Shown: positions 45,863 through 57,041, numbered from the stretch's first letter. The stretch is 64,000 bases of DNA from Fibrobacterales bacterium (GCA_051532055.1 JAOPTX010000003.1:71356-135355); one strand, 5' to 3'. A program made the numbers and translations. Notes: a model not told the origin generated them from the letters alone.

Positions 45863-48800
45863 TTGGGCATTATGTGCAATGTATCTGTTATAATTATGTC
45901 TAGGCCTTTTAAAATATTTGACTACCATTCTATGTTGCAAACCACTCTATCTTCAGGACTTATAAAAATGATTGCACTGCTGCTATTAATTGCTGGTGTA
46001 TCAGTGAGTAATGCCAATTTCCGTGTGTTATATGTCAGTGCCTATCATCCTGGTTTTTCAACCTTTGATGATCAGGTCCAAGGTATTAAGGAGGGTTTAG
46101 GCGACCTGAACGTTTCCCTTGATGTTGAATTTATGGATACTAAACGATTACCGTATACTGCAAATACGGACCTTTTTAGAGAGTATTTAGGGTACAAGCT
46201 TTCGGTTGTATCTCCATATGATCTTATTATAGTGGGTGATGATAATGCTCTCACTTTTGCACTTACAGAAATCGACGGATTATTTGCATATAAACCGATT
46301 GTATTTCTTGGCGTTAATAATGTAACTCAAGCAAGAAAAATGGATGGTCAGCCAAGGATTACTGGAGTAATTGAAGCGGTATCTATACAGGGAACTATAG
46401 AAGTAATGCAAAGGATGATTCCAGAGGCTGATACTATTGTTGCCCTCGTTGATAACATGCCCAGTGGTCAGGGAGATCTTGTAACGTATTATAATCAGGC
46501 AGCTGCATTTAAAGATGTAACCTTTACTGATATTAACCTTTCGGATTATACCTGGTCGGATTATCAAGAAATTTTAAAGAATGATACTCAGGGTAAAATG
46601 TATTTATTACTCTCAGCATATAAAGACAGCACTGGGATGAGCGTACAGTTTGATGAGGGTGTTAAACGTATTACCCAATCATTGAATGCCCCACTCTTTC
46701 ATTTATGGAAGCATGGCATAGGCTCTGGTTTGATTGGAGGAAAAGTAGTTGATCATTATTATCAAGGAAAATCTGCTGGGAGCATCGCTGCATCTATTCT
46801 TGAAGGAAAGGATGTAAATACTATTCCAGTGAGTGTAGAAAGTCCCAATGCTTATTGGTTTGATTATACAATACTCTCCAAATATTCTATTGCTATCAAT
46901 AGCGTGCCGAGTGGCGCTATAATTATAAATAAACCGAGTACTTTTTATACTCAAAATAAGGGATTAATTAAAACCGTTATTGGAGTAATAGGGTTTCTGT
47001 TTCTTTCTCTCATTATTGCATTAGTAAATATAAAGAAGCGGAAATCAGTAGAGGAAAAACTTCGAGAAAGTGATCAAAAGCACCAATCACTGATTGCCGG
47101 TATTGCAGATGTTATTGTTGTTATTAATACCGATAATATAATTATTTATCAGAGCCCCAATGTTGAGCGCTTGTTAGGGTGGACTTCTGAAGATGTTTCT
47201 GGTACTGATGCCAATATCTATATCCATAAAGATGATGCTGAACGCCTCGCTCCTTATTTTGAAAAGATTATACATAATCCCAACAAAATATTTCAGGCTG
47301 AGTTTCGGCTCATTTGTAAAGATGGGAGTGAAAAATATGTGGCATCGAATGCAATAAATATGTTAGCAGATCCGCTCATAGGGGGGATTTTATTTAGTTA
47401 TCATGACATTACTGATAAAAGACAAGCTGATGAAGAACGACTAGCGTTACAACACTATTTCAGTAGTGTTATTAATGTTATGCCTTCATGGATAATTGGG
47501 TTAACAGCAGAAGGAATTATAACTCATTGGAATGCTATAGTGGCCGATGCATCAGGATTATCATCAGAGGCGGCAGTGGGGAATAACCTTTTTGAACTTA
47601 TTCCTGAGTTTAATATAATATATAAAAATGTAACCACCAGCCTTGCGATTGATGAAAGCCAAACGATGTATAATATTGATTTGGGATATAGCGCGGCCCC
47701 TGTACATTGCGACCTTACAATTTATCCTGTCACAATAAGGGAGGGCAATGAAGTAGTACTTCGGATTGATGATGTTTCAGAAAAACATCACCTCGAAGAT
47801 CAGTTGAGGCATACGGTTAAAATGGATGCCATAGGCCAATTATCTGGAGGCGTAGCCCATGATTTTAATAATATGCTTGGGGGAATTATTGGCGCGGCTC
47901 AGTTACTGAAGAAACCAAAATTTAATTTAACTACCGATGCTATGAAATATGTGGATCTTCTCCTCTCTGCTGCGAATCGAGCAGCCGATCTTACAGCAAA
48001 GCTTCTCGCCTTTGGAAGAACAGGGCCACTTGTTAAAGAATCGATATCTGTAGATGCATTGATTGAAGATACGCTCGTAATGATCAATGCATCGTTATTA
48101 GATAAGAATATTAACGTTCAATATAAGAGAATCTTTAAATACTGTACTATAACAGGCGAAGATTCAGCGTTACAGAATGCACTACTCAATCTTTCATTGA
48201 ATGGAATACAAGCAATGAAAGATGGCGGTGCTCTTACGATTACCCTATCAAATATCCTACTGAATAGCTCTAACAATAAGGTTAACGGAATTGCATTAGT
48301 ACCCGGTGATTATGTTTGTATTTCGGTTAGTGATACTGGAATGGGTATAGACACAAAAGATTTTACCCGCATCTTTGAACCTTTTTTCACTACGAAAGGC
48401 AAAGGAGAGGGGACAGGTTTGGGGCTTGCAGCAGTATATGGGACCGTCCTCGATCATGGTGGTGCGATTGATGTTCAGAGCAGTATTGGAGTAGGCACTA
48501 CCTTTAGTATCTATATACCCCTTATGAAAGATGCAGTACAGGAATCTCATGCTATTGAAAACGTTGCAGCGGGGAGTGGTTTGATACTCGTAGCTGATGA
48601 TGAGGAAGTGCTACGGGTAACGATAACCGACATGCTGGAAGATCTGGAGTATTCTGTTATTACGGCTACGAATGGACAGGAAGCAGTTGAGTTGTTTGAA
48701 AAACATCAAAATGATATATCAGTAGTATTACTTGATATGATTATGCCAATAATGAAGGGTAGTGAAGCCTTTTATGCTATTAAAAATATCAAAAGTTCTG

Positions 48801-48937
48801 CCAAAATTATTATTGCATCGGGTTATACTGACAGTGAAATAATGGAAGACCTGCTGGATGCAGGTTTATATGCATTTATATCCAAACCATTTAAGCGCAA
48901 TGAATTGGTTGAGTTGTTACAAAATGCCCATAAGTAG
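45863..48937 (+). CDS. Hybrid sensor histidine kinase/response regulator (periplasmic ABC-binding-like sensor, two PAS, HisKA, HATPase, receiver)
   Basis: GVAHDFNN, NLSLNG, DTGMG, FEPFFTTK, GTGLGL, VADDE, LLDMIMP, SKPF; start codon uncertain (may be 45932 or 45968). Confidence 0.9.
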   Translation: MGIMCNVSVIIMSRPFKIFDYHSMLQTTLSSGLIKMIALLLLIAGVSVSNANFRVLYVSAYHPGFSTFDDQVQGIKEGLGDLNVSLDVEFMDTKRLPYTANTDLFREYLGYKLSVVSPYDLIIVGDDNALTFALTEIDGLFAYKPIVFLGVNNVTQARKMDGQPRITGVIEAVSIQGTIEVMQRMIPEADTIVALVDNMPSGQGDLVTYYNQAAAFKDVTFTDINLSDYTWSDYQEILKNDTQGKMYLLLSAYKDSTGMSVQFDEGVKRITQSLNAPLFHLWKHGIGSGLIGGKVVDHYYQGKSAGSIAASILEGKDVNTIPVSVESPNAYWFDYTILSKYSIAINSVPSGAIIINKPSTFYTQNKGLIKTVIGVIGFLFLSLIIALVNIKKRKSVEEKLRESDQKHQSLIAGIADVIVVINTDNIIIYQSPNVERLLGWTSEDVSGTDANIYIHKDDAERLAPYFEKIIHNPNKIFQAEFRLICKDGSEKYVASNAINMLADPLIGGILFSYHDITDKRQADEERLALQHYFSSVINVMPSWIIGLTAEGIITHWNAIVADASGLSSEAAVGNNLFELIPEFNIIYKNVTTSLAIDESQTMYNIDLGYSAAPVHCDLTIYPVTIREGNEVVLRIDDVSEKHHLEDQLRHTVKMDAIGQLSGGVAHDFNNMLGGIIGAAQLLKKPKFNLTTDAMKYVDLLLSAANRAADLTAKLLAFGRTGPLVKESISVDALIEDTLVMINASLLDKNINVQYKRIFKYCTITGEDSALQNALLNLSLNGIQAMKDGGALTITLSNILLNSSNNKVNGIALVPGDYVCISVSDTGMGIDTKDFTRIFEPFFTTKGKGEGTGLGLAAVYGTVLDHGGAIDVQSSIGVGTTFSIYIPLMKDAVQESHAIENVAAGSGLILVADDEEVLRVTITDMLEDLEYSVITATNGQEAVELFEKHQNDISVVLLDMIMPIMKGSEAFYAIKNIKSSAKIIIASGYTDSEIMEDLLDAGLYAFISKPFKRNELVELLQNAHK

Positions 48938-48946
48938 AATAGGACT

Positions 48947-51900
48947 TTAATCCTCCCCGCGCAACAACGCCATAAGCTCACTCGCATTGAGCTTGCCGGC
49001 CTTTGAGGTTCCCTCCAATAAACTATCTGCAAGATCCTTTTTTTCTTTATGGAGTTCAAGGATTTTCTCTTCAATGGTCCCTTTTGCAACCATGCGATAG
49101 ATGGTAACCGGGCGTTTTTGACCAATACGATGGGCACGATCTGAGGCTTGATCTTCGACGGCTGGGTTCCACCAAGGGTCCATGTGAATCACATAGTCCG
49201 CTGCAGTGAGATTGAGTCCTGAGCCACCGGCCTTGAGACTAATAAGGAAGAGATCGCCTTCGCCCCGTTGAAAGGCTTCTACGGCTTTTTTACGCTTCGC
49301 CTGAGGGACAGAGCCATCGAGGTATTGATAAGTAATCTTTTGACGGTCGAGGTACTCTCTAATAAGCGCAAGGTGCGAAGTGAATTGAGAGAAAACCAAT
49401 GTTTTATGATTATTCTCTATTAACTCAGTCACGATGTCACCAAAAAGATTGAGTTTGGAACTGGAGATGGTGCTACTTGAATCAATAAGTCGTGGATGAC
49501 AACATGCTTGACGAAGTCGCATGATCTCTTTTAAGATCTCAAGGTGTTTTTGCCCTTTGGCTTTAGAGGGCTCAGCTGCGATATTGTCGGTAAGGGCTTC
49601 TGCTTTTTGTCTTACGGCTTCATAGAGGGCTCGTTCATCTGGATTCATCTCGACACTGAGAGTGATCTCTGTTTTTTCGGGGAGCTCGGTCAGTACCGCA
49701 CTTTTGAGGCGACGGAGTATAAAGGGCGATACGATTCTTTTGAGAGAGACCCGTTTCTTATGACTCTGTTCAATAGCTATGGGTACACCAAATCGATTGC
49801 TAAATTGTTCTTGACTCCCCAACAGGCCTGGATTAATAAGGTCAAAAAGATTCCAGAGTTCACCAATATGGTTCTCAATAGGGGTACCAGTCGTTATAAC
49901 TTTGTGGGCTGCAGGGATAGACTTCGCTGCTTTTGAGCGTTTGGTGTTACTGTTTTTAAGTGCTTGCGCTTCATCATAAATAACGGTATTCCAGCTCACT
50001 TCTTTGAGGCGTTTGATTTCATAATTGAGAAGACCATAGGTACAAATAATAAGGTCGTAGGGTTTGGCCTCTGAAATTATTGTTGCACGATGGCCTTCAC
50101 TGAGAATGACTGGATTGAGAGTAGGGGCGAAGCGTCGGCACTCTTGTTCCCAGTTAAAACAGACTGATACTGGCGCGAGAATAAGTGATGGGCCTTTTTC
50201 GGCCACGGATACTAGAAGTGCAAGGGATTGGATTGTTTTACCGAGACCCATGTCGTCGGCAAGGCATGCGCCAACACCCCATTCGTAAAGGGTAGAGAGC
50301 CAGTCAAAACCTTCACGTTGGTAGTCACGGAGTTCAGCCTGAAAGGTTGAGGGGAGCACAGGGACAAATTCGTTGAGGGCATCCATCTTTTCAATCTGTT
50401 TTTTCCAACCGGCATTGCGCGTTGCATTGCCCGATTCTTCGAGGAGCTCTTCCACTTGAGGGAGGAGCAGGCTATTTACCTGAAGGAGGTCATCTTTTAC
50501 GGTGCCCAGGTCATTGAGTGCTTGTAGGTGGTTGTGGAGTTCATCGGTTATGGCGAGGTATTTATCGCCGTCGAGTTGGATAAACCCTTTCGTGGGGCTT
50601 CTATCGAGTCGTTCAAGGAGCTCACTCATGGCAAAGACTGTATCTGAATCAATTTTTAGTTTACCCTCAAGAGTAAACCAATCTTTTTCCTTTTTTGCCT
50701 TCATCTTCATAGAAGAGTAGTCGACAACCGAGGAGATCGTGACCGCTTTTTTGTCGGGCCACTCAACAGTTATGCTGTCTTGGAGAGGGAAGAGTTCCCG
50801 GAGTACGGTTAGGCACTCTTCAAGGTCGGGAATAGTGCCCCCTTGTTGGAGCACTGCATGATTAAAGGTAGGTGCACTGTTGAGTATATGATTGAATTCA
50901 GTAGTTTCGGTGCTCAGGGAACGTGTAGTAACATGAGGCTTTTTATCAATGGTTGCAAAGACGGTTTGAGCACCTTCACCTGGAGGGTAGGAGGTACCTT
51001 GATCACCAAAGGGTCGAACGAGTATTTCTATTGACCACCCTTCTTCTTGTTCAGTAAAGCGACAGATGAGTCCACTCTGTGGGTCGATGGGGGTTGCTTC
51101 AATCTGTTGTCCACCAATGCTACTCCCACTTTCAGAATGAATTGTTATGGTATTGGCGACGCCATTAAGTACTTCGTAGAGTTGTTTTTCGGCAGCGAGT
51201 GGAATTTCTGTATTGCTATTTTTAAAGGCTGCAGCGATAGTTTGCAGTTTGTTTGATATCTCTATGACCCCAAATCTATTTTTACCGGTCTCAATCAGTT
51301 GGGTAGTTGCATGGCCCATTGGAATATTAAAAGAGAGGCCGTATCCTGTGTCTGATTTTCTTAAGGTGAGCTCTGGCTCTGCCTTGTGGAGGTCAATAAA
51401 AATGTCACGATCTACATGGTAAATGTAAGGGTGCCCCATAAGGGCAATAAGTGCTTTTGATGTATTGAGTTCATAATCCTTACCTGAACCCCAGTAACCA
51501 CGGTGTGAGCTCTCAGTAATACAGCGTCCTGCATCTTTATCCTGCTGAAGCATATTGGGGACTTTATGCTCTTTCAATTTCTTCAGTGCAATAGCGCGCC
51601 CTTTTGTCCAGCCTCCTGATTTTGTTCTTTTCTGTTCGGTAGGGACAAGATCTATTTCTTCATAATTGTAGATCGTAGATGGGGGGAGGAGCTTCCATAT
51701 AATTCTACTTTCAGGTTCATCATCTTCGAGTTCTTCTGGTCTATCTGTTGGCGCTAAGAGTGATAATGTCGAGAGTACCTTCTCCCAGTCTTGCTGTACT
51801 ACATAGAGACCTTTGAGTGAGCGTATATCAGGAAATAATTTTTTTAGATGTTCTATTTCTTTCGCATCATAGTGTTCGGGGTAGAGATCAGAAAGGTGTA

Positions 51901-53122
51901 AACCCAAAAGAGGAGCACCATGATTAAAATAGTCTTGCGCTAAGTGACGGGTAAAATTGGGTAGGATCGATTGCTTATCTGAGCCTTTATAAAACCAATA
52001 CCAGGCGAGGCTATTAAAGAGGCCTGACCACATACAGGTATTGTCCACACGGGCGATAAAATGTTTCGGAAACGTGTCTTTGAGTCCTCTCACTAAATGG
52101 GCAAACCACAAACGATGCTCAAAAAAGTCATCAATAGTATCACTTTGCTTGTGATACACTTCACTATTGAGAGGATCAGAGATTGCTTTGAGAAATAAGT
52201 AGATAATGGTAAAGGGGGTATTGGGAATTTTGCTGCGTTTTTTTGTTTTCTTTCGCCATGCGGTGATCGTTTCGTCATAGAGAGACAGAGCCTTTGAAGA
52301 ATCAGCATGAATGAATGCTTGCATGGTAAAGGGATAGAGGGTCGATCCTGTTTGGGTATCGTACACGCGTAACAAACGCTCAGAGTGTGAGAGATTGCCA
52401 TTAAGTAAGAGTGCAAGTCCGAGGCCCGGAAGCAGTTCTTGGTCTTCTTCTATTAAGTTGAGGACAGGAGTGAGCACGTCGGTATGTAGGAGCTTCGGAG
52501 AAAAATCATGAAAAAGAAAGGTATTGTTCGTGTATCTCAGTTGAAAGAGGCTTAACAGAAGTCGATTATTGCGTGATTTGAGGAATGCTTCACTCAAGTG
52601 CTCGATGATAGTGTTCATCATGGTTGAATACTGAATATAGAGTGGAGGTGTCCCAAACTTTAGGGAGCTTATGTAGTCATCAGCATGATTAACGTAAAAG
52701 AGTATTCTTAAAAAGTAGTTGTTAAAAATGCCATTTGATATCCCGGCAGAGTAGAGATAGTCGATACACCACGCATTTTGGTGACTGAGGCAGCACTCAA
52801 TCAGAGCTTTGTGGTACGAGTGCAGAGTGATCTCTTCCATCAACGCATTTTTAGCACCATCGGTCAGTGTTAATTGTGTGCTCGAAACAACATCGATGAG
52901 TTCAGGAAAGTCCGAGAGGCGTATGACGCATTCTTTAATCGTTTTGAGAGTGATTTCTTCCCAAACATCCATATAGATTAAACGAATATTCGCTATTTTC
53001 ATAGATGGCACGCCACAGATTGCCGCAATTTGAATGATTCTTAGATCATCCTCATTCATCTCGTATGAGGTGAGGGTAATTGATGGGTATTTTTCGTGTA
53101 TATTGAGAGGGTTTTCTGACAC
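48947..53122 (-). CDS. SNF2-family helicase/ATPase
   Basis: LRDYQ, LADDMGLGKT, DEAQ, TGTPIEN, ILRRLK, LVFSQF, ISLKAGGSGLNL, PWWNPAVEDQASDRAHRIGQ. Confidence 0.93.
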   Translation of the reverse strand: MSENPLNIHEKYPSITLTSYEMNEDDLRIIQIAAICGVPSMKIANIRLIYMDVWEEITLKTIKECVIRLSDFPELIDVVSSTQLTLTDGAKNALMEEITLHSYHKALIECCLSHQNAWCIDYLYSAGISNGIFNNYFLRILFYVNHADDYISSLKFGTPPLYIQYSTMMNTIIEHLSEAFLKSRNNRLLLSLFQLRYTNNTFLFHDFSPKLLHTDVLTPVLNLIEEDQELLPGLGLALLLNGNLSHSERLLRVYDTQTGSTLYPFTMQAFIHADSSKALSLYDETITAWRKKTKKRSKIPNTPFTIIYLFLKAISDPLNSEVYHKQSDTIDDFFEHRLWFAHLVRGLKDTFPKHFIARVDNTCMWSGLFNSLAWYWFYKGSDKQSILPNFTRHLAQDYFNHGAPLLGLHLSDLYPEHYDAKEIEHLKKLFPDIRSLKGLYVVQQDWEKVLSTLSLLAPTDRPEELEDDEPESRIIWKLLPPSTIYNYEEIDLVPTEQKRTKSGGWTKGRAIALKKLKEHKVPNMLQQDKDAGRCITESSHRGYWGSGKDYELNTSKALIALMGHPYIYHVDRDIFIDLHKAEPELTLRKSDTGYGLSFNIPMGHATTQLIETGKNRFGVIEISNKLQTIAAAFKNSNTEIPLAAEKQLYEVLNGVANTITIHSESGSSIGGQQIEATPIDPQSGLICRFTEQEEGWSIEILVRPFGDQGTSYPPGEGAQTVFATIDKKPHVTTRSLSTETTEFNHILNSAPTFNHAVLQQGGTIPDLEECLTVLRELFPLQDSITVEWPDKKAVTISSVVDYSSMKMKAKKEKDWFTLEGKLKIDSDTVFAMSELLERLDRSPTKGFIQLDGDKYLAITDELHNHLQALNDLGTVKDDLLQVNSLLLPQVEELLEESGNATRNAGWKKQIEKMDALNEFVPVLPSTFQAELRDYQREGFDWLSTLYEWGVGACLADDMGLGKTIQSLALLVSVAEKGPSLILAPVSVCFNWEQECRRFAPTLNPVILSEGHRATIISEAKPYDLIICTYGLLNYEIKRLKEVSWNTVIYDEAQALKNSNTKRSKAAKSIPAAHKVITTGTPIENHIGELWNLFDLINPGLLGSQEQFSNRFGVPIAIEQSHKKRVSLKRIVSPFILRRLKSAVLTELPEKTEITLSVEMNPDERALYEAVRQKAEALTDNIAAEPSKAKGQKHLEILKEIMRLRQACCHPRLIDSSSTISSSKLNLFGDIVTELIENNHKTLVFSQFTSHLALIREYLDRQKITYQYLDGSVPQAKRKKAVEAFQRGEGDLFLISLKAGGSGLNLTAADYVIHMDPWWNPAVEDQASDRAHRIGQKRPVTIYRMVAKGTIEEKILELHKEKKDLADSLLEGTSKAGKLNASELMALLRGED

Positions 53123-53295
53123 GTGTTACCTGATTTCATGGGAGAGAGCGTTGCGCAAAAGATAGTTATTATTTGTGGGTATTCTAGAGAACAATTTGCC
53201 TTGAATAGGGGCGTAATTGGGGCTTAAGGCGTTAAAAAATGAAAATTTGTCTAGATTTAAATAATTATTACCATTTTCTCTTTAGGGCCCTGTCT

Positions 53296-53643
53296 ATGAA
53301 TAAATCAAACAGCATATTCTCTTTTGCCATCTTTTCACTCACGCTAATGATTTCAATTTTCACTGCATTTGGCACTGCGGGGATGATTCGGCTTGAGGTT
53401 GCAGACTATCATACGTATTACTGGCTTCTTGTAGTACTCCTCGGAGCAGGCGTTATCTATTCATATATGCTGAATGATCTCAAGCCATTAACGTGTGTTG
53501 CCGTTTTAAATGTGCCGATGGTATTGTTGATGGTGGGGCTCCTCTTTATTGAAATAGGGAGTTATGATTCGTCACTCATTTTTGTGCCGTATTTCGTGAG
53601 TCTCTCGATACAGCTTTTTATGGTGAGACGTATTAATGGGTAA
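53296..53643 (+). CDS. Small membrane protein, unknown function
   Basis: About four hydrophobic segments; ATG at 53296 preferred over 53239. Confidence 0.6.
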   Translation: MNKSNSIFSFAIFSLTLMISIFTAFGTAGMIRLEVADYHTYYWLLVVLLGAGVIYSYMLNDLKPLTCVAVLNVPMVLLMVGLLFIEIGSYDSSLIFVPYFVSLSIQLFMVRRING

Positions 53644-53695
53644 GGTCGTTTTATAACATAATACTCTATACTCTATTCACCCTCTCATCAGCCCT

Positions 53696-55642
53696 TTATC
53701 CTATAGGCAGTCGTATTACAAATTTAGTGCCGGTTCCGGGAGTAGATTCTACGATCATTTCACCATCATGATTTTCGGTAATGATGAAAAAAGAGACACT
53801 TAACCCGAGGCCTGTACCTGTGCCTACCGGCTTCGTCGTAAAAAATGGTTCAAATATACGCTTTTGAGTAACCATATCTATACCGGGTCCGTTGTCTTCA
53901 ATTTCAATACAGACCATGGACTTTTCCTGATCCTTTTTTGTGCGGAGTATAAAGGTCGGCGGTGCACTATCTTTATTCGTTTTTTTACATTCTTCATAGT
54001 ATTCACTCATGGCTTGTGCGCCATTCCGTAAAATATTCAATAGGACTTGATGTATTTTTGCAACTTCGCAGGGGACTAAAGGGAGGTCTTCTTCGTATTC
54101 CCTAATAAAGCGTATTGTTTTAAAGTCATATGATTTTTTTAGATCATAATCAGATTCTGCAAGTTCAATTGCAGTATCAAGCATATGAGGTACGTCTTCA
54201 GAGGACCGAATATTGTCATTTTTCCGTGAAAAATTGAGCATGTTCGTGATAATGGTTGTCGCACGGTTTCCTGCCTCTGTTATGGTGTCAATCATGCGTA
54301 CTACTTCACGTTTTTCCAGATATTCATTCATTTGTGAAAGAGAGAGGCCAATGTCCTCTGCCATTTTTTTATTTGCTGCTAATTCAAAGTTTGTTAAACG
54401 GTTCTTAAGGTTATTGGTGTTTTGAATAATCCCCGCCAAAGGGTTATTTATCTCGTGGGCCATTCCAGCCGCAAGGCCGCCGAGTGAGAGCATCTTTTCT
54501 GATTGGATCATCATTTCTTCGAGTTTTACTCGATGAGTGGCATCATCAATTCGAATGACTGCTCCCTGTATTCCATTTGCTATGAGTGGAAATATGGTAA
54601 GGTCTTCATAATGATGTTGACCATTAACAATACTGAAGCGCTTCGGATCAAATTGTTCTTTTCTTGTTGCAATTGCCTCAAGTATGCGGGGCATTTCAGA
54701 TACTAATGGTGGGTATATTGTTTTGAGGGGAAAGCCTACGGCATTATTTGATGCAACTCCTGAAGCCATAATTGCACCATCATTCCATTGAGTAATAGTA
54801 CCTTCAGTATCGACACCTATGAGGATAGAAGGCATTGAATTGATGATATTTGTGAGATAGTTCCTTGTTTCATTGAGGTCATCAATTTGCTTCTTAATTG
54901 TTGTATGCATATTAATAAAGCTTTCTGCAAGGTACCCGACCTCGTCACTTCTGTTAATACTGAGTGTAACGCTGGTACTTCCCTGGGCAAAGGATTGAGC
55001 CGCGTCACTTAATTGAGTAACGGGGTTTGTGACAAAATGTTTCAGGAGTATGCTTATGAGACCAAAGGATAGGAGTAAGAAAATGAAAAATGAGATACCC
55101 GTATAGAGGACTATATTGAAGATGGTATCATCGATTGATTTCTTGGAAATGCCTATGTCAATGGCTGCGACAGGACGCTTATTGTTATTTAACACGGGTA
55201 TTAACACATGGTACGATGAAGTGGTATTGAGTGTTTGAATCGAATCACTTTTGAAGAGGTCACTCAAAAGAGTATTGGTGCGAATGTCATTCCATGCTGA
55301 TGCGTCGGTATAGGTAATGATGGTGCCATCTATTCCAATAACACCGACATGGGTTATGTCTTGTTCGGTATTTGACTTCATTACTTTGTGGCAATCAATG
55401 TTCAGACCCAGGGTTTGTTGCATTTTTGCTGTATAGCCACTTAAATCAACAACGCGCTTCTGTAAATTTTTGGTAATAGTCTGGGAACGCCATTCAATAA
55501 TTTTTTTATTATCGTGCTGTAATTGACCAATGTAGAGCCATGCCGCAATAGAGAGAAGTACTATTTGAACGATAGCAACCGAGAGGGTTACCTTGGTTCC
55601 CAATCGCAATGAACGAATACTCTTCGTGTTGGATTTATTCAT
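53696..55642 (-). CDS. Sensor histidine kinase (two TM, HAMP, PAS, HisKA, HATPase)
   Basis: NPVTQL...DEVGYLAESF, GMAHEINNP, NILRNG, DNGPG, FEPFFTTK, GTGLGL. Confidence 0.92.
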   Translation of the reverse strand: MNKSNTKSIRSLRLGTKVTLSVAIVQIVLLSIAAWLYIGQLQHDNKKIIEWRSQTITKNLQKRVVDLSGYTAKMQQTLGLNIDCHKVMKSNTEQDITHVGVIGIDGTIITYTDASAWNDIRTNTLLSDLFKSDSIQTLNTTSSYHVLIPVLNNNKRPVAAIDIGISKKSIDDTIFNIVLYTGISFFIFLLLSFGLISILLKHFVTNPVTQLSDAAQSFAQGSTSVTLSINRSDEVGYLAESFINMHTTIKKQIDDLNETRNYLTNIINSMPSILIGVDTEGTITQWNDGAIMASGVASNNAVGFPLKTIYPPLVSEMPRILEAIATRKEQFDPKRFSIVNGQHHYEDLTIFPLIANGIQGAVIRIDDATHRVKLEEMMIQSEKMLSLGGLAAGMAHEINNPLAGIIQNTNNLKNRLTNFELAANKKMAEDIGLSLSQMNEYLEKREVVRMIDTITEAGNRATTIITNMLNFSRKNDNIRSSEDVPHMLDTAIELAESDYDLKKSYDFKTIRFIREYEEDLPLVPCEVAKIHQVLLNILRNGAQAMSEYYEECKKTNKDSAPPTFILRTKKDQEKSMVCIEIEDNGPGIDMVTQKRIFEPFFTTKPVGTGTGLGLSVSFFIITENHDGEMIVESTPGTGTKFVIRLPIG

Positions 55643-57041
55643 TGGTTAGCCCTTTGGGGTAATGGGGCTCTAATATCTCTGTGTTTGCTTTTTGAGCAGC
55701 TGCCCGCATCACCTCTGAAATTGGGGCTCCATGAAGTAACGCAGAGTGAAACGCGGTATAAAAAACACGACTGACTGCTGGATACTCAGGAATATTAGGC
55801 CGACACCGACCGGTTTGCATACCTTTTTGAATGGCTTTTAAATAGGGGAACCTTTTAATAGCATTTTTTGAAAAATGTGAAAGTCGAAAAGGGCGTCCGC
55901 CTCTTTTAATATATTCTTGACCAATTTGAATGCTTGTTAAAAATTGTATCACTAAATACGCTTCTTGTGCATTGTTACTGTACCGATTTATTGCAAGACT
56001 ATGTGCGCCGAGTCCTGGTCGTGGTGGACCAATGGAACCATCCACTTGTTGCTTTCCAGGTAAGTTTGCATAGCCTATTTTGCCTATTACTTTTGAAGCG
56101 GTAGAATCTTCCATGGGGGCGCCAATTCCTTCTGCGGGCATTATTCCCATTGCGACCTTCCCACTTTGAAATGCACCAATATAGCGCGCATGGTCGAATT
56201 CTAGTGTATTGGGGGGAGTGAGGCCTTCTGTATAGAGTGATGCATAGAATTCAAGTGCAGCGAGTCCTTCGGGGGTATCCCATGCAACGCGATACCGGGG
56301 GAGCCCTGGGATATCAACATCACTTCCATTGATAAGTCCTGCCCCCCAAGACCAGAGAAACGGAGCAGCATCAGCAGTGATGTATTCACCCACGTGGGCA
56401 AAAAGAGCAGTTCCATACAGTGTTGGTGGAGTATTTATTTTTCGGGCATTATCTCTGAATTCCGTAAATGTTTTGGGAGGCTTTAGACCGGCAGCTTTTA
56501 AAATATCAGATCGGTAGGTAAAGAGTGAGCCATAACTTCCGAGGGGGATCGCATATTGTTTATTGTCCCACTCGCCCCCTGATTTTCTTAACACGGGTAC
56601 AATGTCATCTAAATCAAGAGAGGGGAGTGCAGGGTTTTGCATGAATGGATTGAGTGGTTGCACCCAGCCTTGAGTAAAATAATACCCCAGTGATGGCTGA
56701 TCGATGGATACAATGTCATAGTACCCTTTTTTAGAGGACAGTTCAAGTTCATGTGCTTGAAGCATTGGTTCGAATTCAAGTAAAATTGCATTAACAGCAA
56801 TACCGGTACGTTTTTCAAAATCAGATTCTTTAAGGAGCTGGAGTGCCACTTCGAAACTATGGTCTTTTAATGCGCAGATCGTGACGGTTACCGTTTCACT
56901 CTTTAGAGGTGCGTTCTGTGTGCTCTCTTTTTTTATGAGAGGAGGAGTGTCACAAGTATTTGATACATTACAAATCATAATACCAGTGATTATTGTGAGC
57001 GCTGCAATACCCGTTATTCTGGCGATTTTTTTCATCTTCAA
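55635..57041 (-). CDS. Extracellular solute-binding protein (family 1, sugar-type)
   Basis: N-terminal anchor; YDIV, YAIP, YRSDIL..AGL.PPKT, FQSGKVAM, AYLVIQFLTS. Confidence 0.85.
   Translation of the reverse strand: MKMKKIARITGIAALTIITGIMICNVSNTCDTPPLIKKESTQNAPLKSETVTVTICALKDHSFEVALQLLKESDFEKRTGIAVNAILLEFEPMLQAHELELSSKKGYYDIVSIDQPSLGYYFTQGWVQPLNPFMQNPALPSLDLDDIVPVLRKSGGEWDNKQYAIPLGSYGSLFTYRSDILKAAGLKPPKTFTEFRDNARKINTPPTLYGTALFAHVGEYITADAAPFLWSWGAGLINGSDVDIPGLPRYRVAWDTPEGLAALEFYASLYTEGLTPPNTLEFDHARYIGAFQSGKVAMGIMPAEGIGAPMEDSTASKVIGKIGYANLPGKQQVDGSIGPPRPGLGAHSLAINRYSNNAQEAYLVIQFLTSIQIGQEYIKRGGRPFRLSHFSKNAIKRFPYLKAIQKGMQTGRCRPNIPEYPAVSRVFYTAFHSALLHGAPISEVMRAAAQKANTEILEPHYPKGLTNE

Noticed and set aside
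48947..53122. SNF2 helicase as part of a defence system (DISARM, Zorya, BREX-like)
   Set aside because: No methylase, nuclease or other partner genes adjacent
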